Shown here piece by piece: positions 20,375-31,649 of a stretch of 64,000 nt of DNA. The notes beneath the pieces were generated by a model. The model was given only the letters and a program-made list of their open reading frames with translations. It was not told the DNA's origin and searched no databases. This stretch comes from Anaeromyxobacteraceae bacterium (GTDB lineage Bacteria; Myxococcota; Myxococcia; Myxococcales; Anaeromyxobacteraceae), in contig JASGHJ010000002.1 of the NCBI GenBank assembly GCA_047602405.1, positions 2,240,001 through 2,304,000 on the forward strand. The letters are read 5' to 3'. Both the position numbers and the translations under genes were made by a program. Every line of letters starts with the position of its first letter. The stretch's first letter is position 1.

Positions 20375-21175
20375 GTGCCCGAGGTCCTCCTCCCCGCGTC
20401 ACCCGTGCTCCCCACAGGCGGCCCCGTCCGCATCCACCTCCGTGACCGGGGGGCCGGTCCCCCGGTCGTGTTCCTGCACGGCGGCTGGGGCGAGCGGGCC
20501 TACCCCTTCGACGACGCCGCCGCGGCGCTCGCGGCGCGCCACCGGGTGCTCGTGCCCGACCGGGCCGGCTACGGGCGCTCCACGCCGCTCGAGGCGCTGC
20601 CGGCCGGCTTCCATCGTGCCATGGCGGGCGAGACGCTCGCGATCCTCGACGCGCTCGACCTGCCGCGCGCGGCGCTCTGGGGGCACAGCGACGGAGCCGT
20701 CGTCGCCGCGTGGGCCGCGCTCCTCGCGCCGGACCGGGTGACCGGGCTCGTGCTCGAGGCCGTGCACGTCCTGAAGGCCAAGGTCGGCTCGCTGCGGTTC
20801 TTCGAGGACGGCGTCGAGGCGCCGGAGCGCTACGGGGCGGCGGCGCTCGCCGCGATGGAGGCCGACCACGGCCCGGCGTGGCGCCACGTCTGCGCGCGCG
20901 GCGCGCGCGCCTGGCTCCGCATCATCGACGAGGGCCGCCGCGCGGGCGGCGATCTGTACGACGGGCGCCTCGGGGAGCTCCGCTGCCCGGTGCTCGCGAT
21001 CCACGGCGCGCGCGACCCGCGGACCGAGCCCGGCGAGCTCGACGCGCTCCGGGCGGCGGTGCCGCACGCGCGGGTGGAGCTCCTCGACACCGGGCACGCC
21101 CCGCACGCGAGCGCGCGCGTGGGCGCCCGCTGCACGGCGCTCGCGGCGGAGTTCCTGCGAGGTCTTCCGGCTTAG
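20375..21175 (+). CDS. Alpha/beta fold hydrolase
   Basis: VVFLHGG, DRAGYGRS, nucleophile elbow GHSDG, HGARD, GHAPH. Confidence 0.9.
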   Translation: MPEVLLPASPVLPTGGPVRIHLRDRGAGPPVVFLHGGWGERAYPFDDAAAALAARHRVLVPDRAGYGRSTPLEALPAGFHRAMAGETLAILDALDLPRAALWGHSDGAVVAAWAALLAPDRVTGLVLEAVHVLKAKVGSLRFFEDGVEAPERYGAAALAAMEADHGPAWRHVCARGARAWLRIIDEGRRAGGDLYDGRLGELRCPVLAIHGARDPRTEPGELDALRAAVPHARVELLDTGHAPHASARVGARCTALAAEFLRGLPA

Positions 21176-22296
21176 AAGGAGAGGCTCAGCGCCGCGTACG
21201 CGCCGCCCCGCGTCGGGGCGACGTCGAGCGAGGCCGTCTCGCGGTACCCCGCGTAGCGGCCCGGGTTCTCGCCGGAGATCCAGAAGTAGGTCGCCGCGAC
21301 CGCGGCCGCCGCGCCCACGCCGCCCGAGACCATCGACATCGTCTGGCGCGACTCGATCGTGGACTTGAGCGAGTTCGCCTGCGCGCGGACCGCGGTGGGA
21401 TCGGAGGCGGTGCCGTCGACGAGCTGCCGGCGCAGGTAGAGGAACGTGCCGGGCGAGGTCTCGTTGCCGTACTTCGAGGACGCGCTCATCTGGAAGTAGA
21501 CGGCGCTCGCGAGCCCGGCGGCCGCGACGCCGGTGGAGATCCAGGCGCCCATGCGGATCTTCCGCTGCCGGGACTCGTACTGCGCGATGAAGTCGGGGCT
21601 CGGCACGAGGCTCACCCGCTCCTCGAGCGTCTTCGCCGGCTCGATGTTGAGATCGCGCTGGTAGGTCACGAAGCCCTGCTTCTCGACGGAGATCGTGTGG
21701 GGGCCCGACGGCAGCGAGACCGCGGCCTGGAGCGGGGTGGTGCCGCGGATCTGGTCGTCGATCTTCACGACCGCGCCGCGCTCCTCGGTGGCGACGACGA
21801 GCCGGCCCGCCCGGCCGGCCAGCACCTTCTGCACGAGCCGGGCGACCGCCTTCTGCACCTTCGTCATGAGCTGCGCCTCGGAGGCGGCGGTCTCGATGGA
21901 CGAGCCCTCGCGGCTCCCCTTCTTCACCGACGAGAGCGTGAGGTCGAGCGACACCGTCTCGGGCACGCCGGCCGAGGCGGCGAGCTTCGTCACCTTGCCG
22001 GAGACGACGTAGTCCGCGCCGAGCGCGCCGCCGATCTCGGTGACGCAGCCGGCGTCCGAGCAGCCCAGCATCTGCTTCTGCTTCTCGTAGGCGAGGAGCG
22101 ACCGCACCGCCTCGCTCGTGATGACCTTGAACGCCTGCAGGCGGTCGAGCTCGTTCGCGGTCGAGCTCGACGCAGCGCTCGCGAGCTCCTTCGTCGCGCC
22201 GTTCGCCGTGAAGTCCATGACGGCGACCGTCGGCCGCGCCTGGGCGAGGGCCGCCGCCGGGAGGGCGGCGAGGACGAGGACGGAGAGCATGCGCAT
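21172..22296 (-). CDS. Secreted PEGA-domain protein with N-terminal C-x4-C alpha/beta domain
   Basis: Signal peptide, KQMLGCSDAGC, PEGA GAVVKIDDQIRGTTPL...GPHTISVEKQGF, two hydrophobic helices, C-terminal AALSLSF. Confidence 0.8.
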   Translation of the reverse strand: MRMLSVLVLAALPAAALAQARPTVAVMDFTANGATKELASAASSSTANELDRLQAFKVITSEAVRSLLAYEKQKQMLGCSDAGCVTEIGGALGADYVVSGKVTKLAASAGVPETVSLDLTLSSVKKGSREGSSIETAASEAQLMTKVQKAVARLVQKVLAGRAGRLVVATEERGAVVKIDDQIRGTTPLQAAVSLPSGPHTISVEKQGFVTYQRDLNIEPAKTLEERVSLVPSPDFIAQYESRQRKIRMGAWISTGVAAAGLASAVYFQMSASSKYGNETSPGTFLYLRRQLVDGTASDPTAVRAQANSLKSTIESRQTMSMVSGGVGAAAAVAATYFWISGENPGRYAGYRETASLDVAPTRGGAYAALSLSF

Positions 22297-22385
22297 GGCG
22301 GGCATCATAACGTGTCCTCCGGGACCCCTGCAGGGTCGTCCGGTGTCGGGGAGCACCGCGGCGGCCGGTCGGGCGTCGAGGGCGA

Positions 22386-25300
22386 TCATGGGAGCGGTGG
22401 CGGCAGCGCGTCCACGGCGCGGTACACGAGGCGGAGCGTGTGGTTCTGGTAGTCGGCGACGACCATGTCGCCCGCGGGCGTGAAGGCGACGGCCATCGGG
22501 TTGTAGAGCTGGATCGTGGCCCAGTCCGTCACGACGCTCCCGTAGTTCCCCGAGTAGCCCTGCGTCCCGGCCCCGAACCAGGTGCGGTTGCGGGGCGTGG
22601 AGCCGAGGTGGTCGAGGAAGCGGATCACGTCGTTGCCGGCGTCGGCGAGGAAGAGCTCCCCCGGGCCCGAACGAGAGCCCCGGTGACTCGGAGAGGTAGA
22701 TGCTCGTCGCAGGCGCGCCGTCGTTGTCGGTGCTGCCCGCGGCGGGGCGCCCCGCCACGTGCGTGAGCGTCGTGCCGTCCCACTTCACGATGCCGTAGGT
22801 CGAGCTGCCCGGGCCCGTGCCGCAGACGTAGGCGGAGGCGTAGAGCGCGCCGGCGGCGTCCACGGCGAGCCCGCAGCCGTTGTTGCCGCCGCAGTTGCGG
22901 AACTGGATGGCGCCGGTGCAGGTGCCGGCGTCGGAGAGCACGGCCGAGATCGTCGGCGGGCTGGCGGTGAGGTCCACCACCCGGATCCGCTGGCCGCTCT
23001 CGGAGAGGTAGAGCTTCCCGCCCCGCTGCGCGAGCCGCAGCGGGTAGTAGACGCTCGCGGAGAGCGCGGGGCCGCCGTCGCCGGTGCTGGGGTTCGTCCC
23101 GAGGCCGTTCCCGGCGAGCGTCGAGATGATCCCCGTCGTGAGGTCCACCACGCGCACGCGCAGGTTGTACTCGTCGGCGATGTAGAGGTGCGTGCCGGCG
23201 TCGTCGAGCGCGAGCCCCGCGGGGTAGTACAGCTGCGCCTGGGTCGCGAGGCCACCGTCGCCGGAGAACGCCGCGCTGCCGGTGCCCGCCACCACGCGGA
23301 CGTAGCCCTCCGGCGTGACCGCGAACACGCGGTGGTTGTACTGCCCGGTGTAGTAGACGGTGCCGTCGGCGGCGACCGCGAGGCCGAACGGGTAGGACAG
23401 GTGCGCCCGCGGGCCGAACCCGGGCACGTTCGCCGTGTCGGCGATGCGGTCCTCGTTGACGACGGTCATGATCGTCCCGGCCGGCGGCGCGGTCGCGGTG
23501 ACGGTGAAGACCTGCGGGCTCCCGTTCACGTGGGCGCCGAAGAGGTCGCGGTACGAGGCCTCGAAGGTGTACGGCCCGGGCTTGAAGCCGACCCGGAGGT
23601 CGAACCCCACCGTGCCGCCCGCCGAGGTGGGGCCCTGCTTCGCGACGAGGAAGCCGGGGGTCGCCGAGGTGGCGTTGAGGTTCACGAGGTAGCCGGCGAG
23701 CGGGCTGCCCGCGGGATCCACGAGCTTCGCGGTCGCGAACGCGGGCGCCGTCTGCCCGAGGAGCGCGGACTGGGCGCCGCCCGACACCGTCGACAGCGTG
23801 CCGCGCTCGACCACCGTCGAGCCGAGCCCGAGCACCAGGCGGAGCACGTTGCCCTTCGACTCGGCCACCACCACGTCGGTGGGTGCCGAGCCGCCGAAGG
23901 CGAGCGACGACGGACCGTTGAAGGAGGCCGCGAGCGCGCTGCCGCCGTCGCCGGTCGTGCCCTGGGCGCCGGTGCCCGCGACCGTGCTCACCGTCCCCGT
24001 GGGCGTGACCCTGCGGACCACGTTCGTCCCGTAGTTCGTGTAGTAGAGGTTCAGGGCGGGGTCGACCGCGATGCCGCCCGGATCCGGCATGCTGGTGTCG
24101 AGGCAGTACCCGTTCTCGGTCGTGATCCCGGGCGACCTCCCGAGGACGTGGACGATCGGGCCGCCCCCCGGCGGCGGGACGCGGACGATGCCGTAGGTCG
24201 AGGTCCCCACGTCGGTGCCGCAGATGTAGCCGGAGACGAACATGCCGCCGTCCCCCGCGGAGGCGAGCCCGCAATCGTTGGCGGCGCCGCCCCCGCTGCA
24301 GCTCGACACGGAGACCGGCGCGGTGCACCCGGGCATCACGGCCCAGGCGTCGATGCGGGCCGGGTCGGTGAGGTCGACCTTGCGGAACCGGCCGTGGCCG
24401 GAGTCGAAGACGTACAGGTAACGCTTCGTGCCCTCCTTCCCGAGCGCCATCGAGGTCGGCGTCGAGAGGGTCGCCTGCGCCGCCGCGCCGCCGTCCCCGT
24501 AGCCCGGCGCGGGCTGCGCGCCCCCGCCGGCCACGTTCACGATCCACCGGTTGCCGTTCAGCTGCACGGCCCGGATCCGGTTGTTGTAGGCGTCGGAGAC
24601 GTAGAGGAGCGCGTTCGCCTCGTCGAGCGCCACCGCGAACGGGTAGTAGAGCTTCGCCTGGACCGCGGGCTGGTTGTCCGCCGAGGCGCCGGCCTGGCCG
24701 GAGACGCCCGCGATGATCTCGGGCGTCGACTGGCCCGCGAGCAGCCGCTTCACCGTGTGGTTGTACTCGTCGGCGAAGTAGACGTCGCCGTTCGAGGCGA
24801 CGACCGGGTTGCGGATGGACACGCTCGTGCTCGTCACCGTCGCGAGCGTCGAGACCTGGCCCCCCGCCGGCGTGCAGAAGCCCTGCCGGCAGATCTCGGC
24901 TCGCGCCGCAGGCGGTGCCGTCCGGCTTGTTGCCGCCGTCGGCGCAGACGAGGAAGCCGGTCCCGCACTGCACCACGCCGAGCTTGCAGAAGTTGTCGTG
25001 CATGCAGCCCACGCCCGCCGCGCAGGCGTTGCAGGCGCCGCCGCCGCAGACCTGGTTCGTGCCGCAGCCGGTGCCGTCGGGCTTCGCGAGCCCGGTGTCG
25101 GCGCAGGCGCCCGCGACCGTGCCGCTGCAGGTCCGGGTGCCCTCGTGACACCGGTTCGCGTCGGGCGTGCACGAGGTCGTGCAGGTGACGGGCTCGCAGG
25201 CGGTCCCGGTGCACTCCGTGCACACGCCCGCGAAGCACTTCGAGTTCGTGCCGCACACGGTCCCGTCCCGCAGGACCGCGAGGAGATCGAGGCAGCTCGA

Positions 25301-26486
25301 GGAGCCGTCCGCGGCGCACACGTTCTGGCCGAGGTGGCACCGGTTCGCGTCGGGGACGCAGACGGTCCCCTCGGCGCAGATCGGCTTGCACACGCCGGAC
25401 TTGCACGTCGCCCCCGGACCGCAGGGCTTGCCCTCGAGCGCGTTGCCGGTCTGGACGCAGGTCGTGCCGCCCGTGCAGTCCAGGCGGCCCGTCCTGCAGA
25501 CGTTCTCGGCGCCCTCCGGCTGGCAGAACAGGTCCTTGATGCAGGTGGAGCCCGACTGCTGGACGAGCCGCAGCCCGGCCACCGAGACGTCCCCGCCCGG
25601 CGCGAGCGCCACGTTCGAGGCGATGGCCGGCTCGTACCCGGTCCGCGAGGCGGTGACCTGGTAGATGCCCGGCGCGAGCGCATCGAGGAGGAAGGTCCCG
25701 TCCGTCCCCGCGACCACGCTCGTCTTCTTCCCGCCGGGATCGGCGGCCACCACGGTGGTGTCCCCGCTCGCCGCGGGCGCCGGGTCGAAGGTCACGGTGC
25801 CGCGCAGCTTCCCGGGCGCCCCGGCGTCGCTGCCCTGCACGACGTCCAGCGTGAAGTCGCGCATCTGCACGAGCTCGCCCGCGCGCAGCGTCACGTCGTC
25901 GACGACCACGCTCTGGAACCCGGTGCGGAAGGCCGCGACGCTGATGGTCCCCTCGGGCAGGTTCGTGAGCTCGAAGGAGCCGTCGTCCGCGGTGAAGGTC
26001 GTGAAGGGGCCCTGCGGGACGTAGACCACGGTCCCGGCGTGGCCGCCGGAGGCCGCGTTGTCGCCGCGCAGGAACCTGCCCCGCAGCTTCGCGTTCTCGC
26101 TCACCGCGACGTCGCCGAGCGAGAGCTGGAGCCCGGCCTTCGGCGAGAACGCGCCGAGGTCGACGAGCTTCTGCTTCGAGGGCACCCCGGTGCCGCCGGG
26201 ATCGTACCTGCAGGAGCAGCGGCGGGTTCTTCGCGGGATCGGGCGTGAAGTCGATCTTCTCGAAGACGAAGCGCCCGTCGACGTCGGCGTAGATCACCCG
26301 GCCCGTGCCGAGCAGCTCGACCCGCGCGCGCGACGCGGGCTGCTTGTCCTGCGAGCCCGGCTGCGCGAAGACCACCCGCCCCGAGAGCGAACCCTCCCCC
26401 ACCTGCGGCGGCGGCGGGAGCGAGGTGTCGCGCCTGCAGCCGGAGGCGGCGGCGAGCGCTGCGGCGACGAGGACGATGTTGCGCAT
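22386..26486 (-). CDS. Large lipoprotein: carboxypeptidase-regulatory-like domains, Cys-rich repeats, two NHL beta-propellers; frameshifts near 26208, 24900 and 22660
   Basis: Lipobox AASGC. Four consecutive frames join with single-base corrections. Cys repeats (DGTxCG), NHL motifs (YFADEYNHTV, GDGGxAxxA). Confidence 0.75.
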
Positions 26487-26576
26487 CCCCGGAGCCTAGC
26501 AGGGCCCGCTCGCCTGGTTTGTGTCCGGGCTCACGGAGGGCGCCCTCCCGGGCGGGGCGCCCTTCCCGGGTGTTCG

Positions 26577-28577
26577 CTAGCGGGCCGCGCTCGCGCCCGC
26601 CGCCTGCAGGTGCTGCTTCAGGAAGAGCAGCGACTTGCCGAGCATGTGCACCTGGTTCTCGCGCTTGCCCGCGCCGTGCCCCTCGTCCGGGTAGATCACG
26701 AGCTCGACGGGCAGGCCGCGCCCGGCGATCGCGTCGTGGATCTGCACGGCCTCGCCGACCGGCACGCGCGGGTCGTTCGCGCCCTGGAGCACGAGGAGCG
26801 GCCCCTTCACGCGCTCCACGTAGGTCACCGGCGAGAGCTTCACGAGCGCGTCGCGATCCTTCTCCGGATCGCCGTACTCGGTGGCGCGCAGGATCCGGCG
26901 GTACGGGGCGGTGTTCTCGAGGAACGTGACGAGGTTCGCGATGCCGACGATCGAGACGCCCGCGTCGTAGGCGCCGGCGAACAGGGTCATGCCGACGAGC
27001 GCGGAGTAGCCGCCGTAGCTGCCGCCCTCGATGGCGACCTTCGGCTCCTTGCCGTCGACGGCGAAGGCCTTCCTCGCCCAGTGCGCCGCGTCCTCGATGT
27101 CGGTGATGATCTGGAGCCGCTTCGGCCCGTTGTCGGCGTCGATCCAGGTCCGGCCGTAGCCGTCGCTCCCGCGGACGTTCGGCTGCACGAACACGAAGCC
27201 CTGGTCCACGAACGCCTGCGCCCAGGTGGAGAACCCCGCCTCGGACTGGCCCTCCGGGCCGCCGTGGAACTCCACCACGACCGGGCAGGGCGCGGGCTCG
27301 CAGCGCGCGGGCCGGCGCACGAACGCCGGGATCCGCGTGCCGTCGCGCGCCGGGTAGCTCTCGAGCGTGGCGCGGGCGAACCGCGAGGTGTCGATCTCGG
27401 GCGAGCTCGGGACCACCCACCGCGCGAGCTTGCCGGTCTTCCAGTCGAGCACGTAGCTCGAGCGCGGCGCGGTGGCGGTGACGATGCCGAAGGCCTGGAA
27501 GCGCCCGTCGCGCGTCGCGGCGCCCGCGAAGACGTGGTCCGCCTCCTTGAAGGACGGGACCGGGAGCGCCCGGTAGGTGCGGGCGTCGAGGGCGAAGAGC
27601 CGCGTGTAGCCCGCCTCGTTCACCGTGTAGGTGATCCGGGCGCGGGAGCGGTCGATCGAGAAGCCCGACACGTCCCACTTCAGCTCCGGCGAGACCGGCT
27701 CGAGCTTGCCGCCGCGCGGGAGCCGGTAGAGCCGGCGGAACTCGCCCAGGCGCGGGGTCTGCACGAGGAGCACGCCGGGCTGCGCCGCGTAGGCGGCCTC
27801 GTACTCGCCCTTCTCGGCCTCGCCCACCCCGAGGAGCGCGGTGAGCTTGCCGGCGGGGTCGCGCTCCCACCACTCGCTCGTGAGCGAGCCCGTCTCCTTC
27901 TTGAGGAGGAGCGTCCCGTCGTCGCGGAGGTCCGCCACCGACCAGAGCCCGGGCTCCTCCACGAGGAGCTCCTTCCTGCCGGTCGCGAGCTCGTACCGGT
28001 AGACGGCGTAGGCGTCGGGCTTCCGGTCGTTCGCGTGGTAGTAGAGCCAGCGGCCGTCGCGGGACGTGGTGTCGGCGAAGGTCTGGACCCCGGCGACGTG
28101 CTGCACGGCGACCGGGGTGCCGCCGTCCGCGGGCATGAGGTAGACGCCCGGGTTCTCCTCGCCCTTGCGGTCGCGCTGCAGGACGAGGGTCTTGCCGTCC
28201 GGGGTGATCTCGACGAGCGACGTCCGCTCCTCCCCGCCGGTGAGCTGCACGGGGAAGCGATCGGGGCCGTCGAGCCGCCAGAGCTGCGGCGTGCCGGTGA
28301 CGCTCCACGTGAAGAAGAGGCGCTTGCCGTCGTCGCTCACCTGGCCCATGCCCGGCGCGCGCACGTCCATGAGCGACTGGATGCGCCGGGTGAGGACCGG
28401 ATCGAACGGCTTCGGCGCGAACCGGGCGAGCGTCTCGGGGGTGACGCTCGCGAGGCCGTGGCCCGCGTAGCCCTGGGGCTTCGCGGCGGCGGGCGCGGCG
28501 GCGGCCGCGGGCTTCGGCGCCGGCGCCGCCTGGGCGGCGGCGAGCGCGAGGAGGGTCGAGGCGGTGAGGAGGTTCAC
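26577..28577 (-). CDS. S9 family (prolyl oligopeptidase-like) serine peptidase, secreted
   Basis: FHGGPEGQ, PNVRGSDGYG, GGSYGG, QGANDPRV, DEGHG; signal peptide after the GTG at 28577. Confidence 0.93.
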   Translation of the reverse strand: MNLLTASTLLALAAAQAAPAPKPAAAAAPAAAKPQGYAGHGLASVTPETLARFAPKPFDPVLTRRIQSLMDVRAPGMGQVSDDGKRLFFTWSVTGTPQLWRLDGPDRFPVQLTGGEERTSLVEITPDGKTLVLQRDRKGEENPGVYLMPADGGTPVAVQHVAGVQTFADTTSRDGRWLYYHANDRKPDAYAVYRYELATGRKELLVEEPGLWSVADLRDDGTLLLKKETGSLTSEWWERDPAGKLTALLGVGEAEKGEYEAAYAAQPGVLLVQTPRLGEFRRLYRLPRGGKLEPVSPELKWDVSGFSIDRSRARITYTVNEAGYTRLFALDARTYRALPVPSFKEADHVFAGAATRDGRFQAFGIVTATAPRSSYVLDWKTGKLARWVVPSSPEIDTSRFARATLESYPARDGTRIPAFVRRPARCEPAPCPVVVEFHGGPEGQSEAGFSTWAQAFVDQGFVFVQPNVRGSDGYGRTWIDADNGPKRLQIITDIEDAAHWARKAFAVDGKEPKVAIEGGSYGGYSALVGMTLFAGAYDAGVSIVGIANLVTFLENTAPYRRILRATEYGDPEKDRDALVKLSPVTYVERVKGPLLVLQGANDPRVPVGEAVQIHDAIAGRGLPVELVIYPDEGHGAGKRENQVHMLGKSLLFLKQHLQAAGASAAR

Positions 28578-28650
28578 GGTCGGCTCCGATCGAGGGTCCC
28601 GTAGATGGAGACCTCGACCGGAGCCTCGTGACAAGGGCCTGGGCGGGGGC

Positions 28651-30462
28651 TCAGGCCGGGTTGGAGGCCCGCGCCCCGGAGGCGGCGGACGTGCCCCTCG
28701 CCCAGAACCGGGGAGGCACGTAGGCGAGGCCGATGATGAGCGCCTGCGACGCGCTGAACGCGGCGAGCGCCCAGAAGGCCTTGTCCATGAAGCCGTACGA
28801 GTGGAGGCCGACCCCGAGCATGTTCACCCCGAACCAGGACAGGCTCGTGATGACGTTGCCGACCACGGCCATCGCCATGATCCCGCGCTCGCGGGCGTAG
28901 CCGCCCCAGCGGGCGTGCAGGATGATCGCGTTCCAGAGCACGATGAGGAGCGCGCCGTTCTCCTTCGGGTCCCAGCCCCAGAACCGGCCCCAGGACTGGT
29001 CGGCCCAGATGCCGCCGAGGACGGTGCCGACGAAGCTGAAGAACACGGCGAAGCAGACCACGCCGTAGGTCATCGAGTAGAGCGTCTTGCTCACCCCGGC
29101 GTCGGTGCCGCCGAAGAGCCTCCAGACGATCCACGCGATGGCGAGGATCCCCGCGAAGTACGTCCCGGCGTAGCCGATGGTGATGGTGGTGACGTGGGTC
29201 GCGAGCCAGAAGTTCGAGTCGAGCACCGCCCGCATCATCTCCATCGTGTCGCCGTCCCGGGCGAGGTGATGGGCGATGATGAGCGTCGCGAAGCCGGACG
29301 CGGCGCCGACGAGGACGCCGAAGCCCTTCCTGTACATGCGCTCGAGCACGACCGCGACGATCACGGCGACCCAGCCCACGAACACGGCGGAGCTGTAGAG
29401 GTTCGTGACCGGCGGGCGGCCCTGCAGGATGGTGCGCGAGACGAGGCCGCCCGTGTGCACGATCGCGCCGGCGACGAGGAGGCCGAACGCGAGCGGGCGC
29501 AGGAGCTCGGGCTTCCAGAGCCAGGACGCGAAGAGCGCCAGCATCGCGAGCACGTAGATCACCATGCCCGCGTAGAACGGCTGGGCCTGGTTGAAGAGCC
29601 ACTCGTGGTTCGCCTGGCCGGTGAGGTCGGGGCGCAGGGTCCGCGCGTCGGCCTCGAGCGTCGCGAGCGCCGCGTTGAAGCTCGCCGGGTCCTGCCCGGT
29701 CCAGGCGAGGCCGAGCCGCGCCCAGTGCTCGAGCGCCGGGCCGGGGGCCCCGGCGGCGCCGGCGAGCGCCTCGCCCGTGGAGCGCCAGCCGTCCTCGCTG
29801 CCGGGCGGCGGCAGGAGGGGCCGGAAGTAGGCGAGCTGGGCGAGCGCCTGCGTCCGCTGGAAGCCCTCGGTCGTGCCACGCACCGCGAGCTCGACGGCGA
29901 GCCCGCCGCCGCCCGCGAGCTGCACGGTGTTCTTGAGCCGGTGGTACAGGTACACGCGCTCGAAGAGGTTCACGACCGCCGACTCGAACCGGCTGCGCTC
30001 CTTCGGGTCCTTGGGCTGCGCCGCGAGCGCCTGGGACTGGATCTCGTCGATGAACGGCAGGATCTGCTCGAAGCTGTAGTAGCGGTTCGTGCTCTGCGGG
30101 ATCTTCATGAGCCCGAGCACGTCCGGATCGTTGATGACGAAGATCGGCTGCTTGTCGGCGACCTCCGGCCGGAAGAGCACGTCGAGGAGCCACTCGTCGG
30201 CGTCGACCGTGCGCGCCTTCTCGGGCCCCGCCTCGCCGTCCGGGTCGAACCGGAAGCTCTGCTGGCTCCGGATCATGAGGAGCACGTTGCGGGCGATCGA
30301 GTCGACCGGCTTCACGCGCCCGCCCTCGAGCACCGGCAGGTGCCCGAAGCCGGTCACGTCGAACCCGCGCACGGGGCTCGCACCCCGCGCGCCGGCGAGG
30401 ACCGCGAGCACGGCGACCGCGCCGGCGACCCAGGGGAGCCACTTCACGAGCTTCGCGTTCAT
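28651..30462 (-). CDS. ccsA: Cytochrome c biogenesis protein CcsA/ResC with extended periplasmic N-terminus
   Basis: GRPPVTNLYSS, FWLATHV, WWD domain GGIWADQSWGRFWGWDPKE, GVGLHSYG. Confidence 0.92.
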   Translation of the reverse strand: MNAKLVKWLPWVAGAVAVLAVLAGARGASPVRGFDVTGFGHLPVLEGGRVKPVDSIARNVLLMIRSQQSFRFDPDGEAGPEKARTVDADEWLLDVLFRPEVADKQPIFVINDPDVLGLMKIPQSTNRYYSFEQILPFIDEIQSQALAAQPKDPKERSRFESAVVNLFERVYLYHRLKNTVQLAGGGGLAVELAVRGTTEGFQRTQALAQLAYFRPLLPPPGSEDGWRSTGEALAGAAGAPGPALEHWARLGLAWTGQDPASFNAALATLEADARTLRPDLTGQANHEWLFNQAQPFYAGMVIYVLAMLALFASWLWKPELLRPLAFGLLVAGAIVHTGGLVSRTILQGRPPVTNLYSSAVFVGWVAVIVAVVLERMYRKGFGVLVGAASGFATLIIAHHLARDGDTMEMMRAVLDSNFWLATHVTTITIGYAGTYFAGILAIAWIVWRLFGGTDAGVSKTLYSMTYGVVCFAVFFSFVGTVLGGIWADQSWGRFWGWDPKENGALLIVLWNAIILHARWGGYARERGIMAMAVVGNVITSLSWFGVNMLGVGLHSYGFMDKAFWALAAFSASQALIIGLAYVPPRFWARGTSAASGARASNPA

Positions 30463-31649
30463 ACCGCCTCCGTCGTCGCGGCCCGGCCCGCCGCCGCTTC
30501 CGCCTTCTCCCGGCGCGCCATCGAGCGCCGGAACGTGATGCCGAAGTGCACGAGCAGCCCGAGGGCGACGAGCACGCACGAGACGTAAGGGACGAGCCAG
30601 CCCGGGTTCTCCACCACCTGCAGGATGGAGAGCGTGTCGTTCTCGCCGAAGCTCGACTGGTAGAACGTCTTGCCCTCGTAGCGCAGCGGCTGGTTCATGT
30701 AGATGAGCACGTCGCGGGACTCGCCGCGGACCGGGTTCGTGATGTGCACCTGGGACGAGAAGTTCTTCGGGATCTGCGTCCCCATGTAGACGTCGTGCCG
30801 GAACTCCCGGAGCGTGAGCGCGTACGGGAGGTACTCCCGGAGCGACCGCATCTGGAGCTCGTAGGTCCGCCCCAGGGCCTGGAAGCCCTGGGCCTGGCCG
30901 AGCGCGTTCGAGACGAGGAACGTGCCCATGCTCTGGCCGCCCACGAGCGGCTCCACGAGCGCGACCGACCGGTTGATCTCCTCGTCGCGCGAGACCGGCG
31001 GCAGCGGCGAGAACACGAGGTCGGTGCCCATCCCGGCGGTCGCGGCGCCGGGCGGATCCCCCTGCTTGCGCATGCCGAGGAACGCGTTGCGGTGGTAGGC
31101 GTGGATCTTGAGCGTGACGGGCGTGCCCGGCACCGGGATCGTGTCCCGGCGGGCGAGCGTGACCGCGGCGACCGAGTACACGTCGTCGGTCGCGGCGTCC
31201 GTCGTGTCGACGAGCGTGAGCTCCATCTCGCGCGGGCTCTGCACGAAGTTCACGGTCTCGCCGTTGTGGAAGGCGAGCTGCGTCTCCCGCTGCGCGAGGG
31301 CGGTGATGAACTCGCCCATCACGAGCAGCACGAGGCCGGCGTGGGCGATCCAGATGCCCGCCTTCGACCAGGTGCGCTGGAGCCTGCGGACCTGGGCGGA
31401 GATGAGGTTCACGAGGAGCACGAGCCCCACGAGGGCGCCGCCGGGCATCACCGGGATCCCGAAGCCCGAGCCGGTGGGGTGCCACCAGACGAGCCAGCTG
31501 CGCATGTACACCTCGACGGCGCCCCAGGTGCCGAGCGAGACCTGCGCGAGCGTGCAGGCGACGACGAGCACCATCAGCGCCGCGAGGCACACGATGGTGA
31601 GCTTCAGGGACGTGAAGAAGTCCCACACGAGCTCAGTTGGACGCTTCAC
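30459..31649 (-). CDS. ResB/CcsB-like cytochrome c biogenesis protein
   Basis: FFTSLKLTIVCL...TLAQ, WIAHAG, PKNFSS, IYMNQPLRYEGKTFYQSSF, NPGWLVPY; ATGA overlap with ccsA. Confidence 0.85.
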   Translation of the reverse strand: MKRPTELVWDFFTSLKLTIVCLAALMVLVVACTLAQVSLGTWGAVEVYMRSWLVWWHPTGSGFGIPVMPGGALVGLVLLVNLISAQVRRLQRTWSKAGIWIAHAGLVLLVMGEFITALAQRETQLAFHNGETVNFVQSPREMELTLVDTTDAATDDVYSVAAVTLARRDTIPVPGTPVTLKIHAYHRNAFLGMRKQGDPPGAATAGMGTDLVFSPLPPVSRDEEINRSVALVEPLVGGQSMGTFLVSNALGQAQGFQALGRTYELQMRSLREYLPYALTLREFRHDVYMGTQIPKNFSSQVHITNPVRGESRDVLIYMNQPLRYEGKTFYQSSFGENDTLSILQVVENPGWLVPYVSCVLVALGLLVHFGITFRRSMARREKAEAAAGRAATTEAV

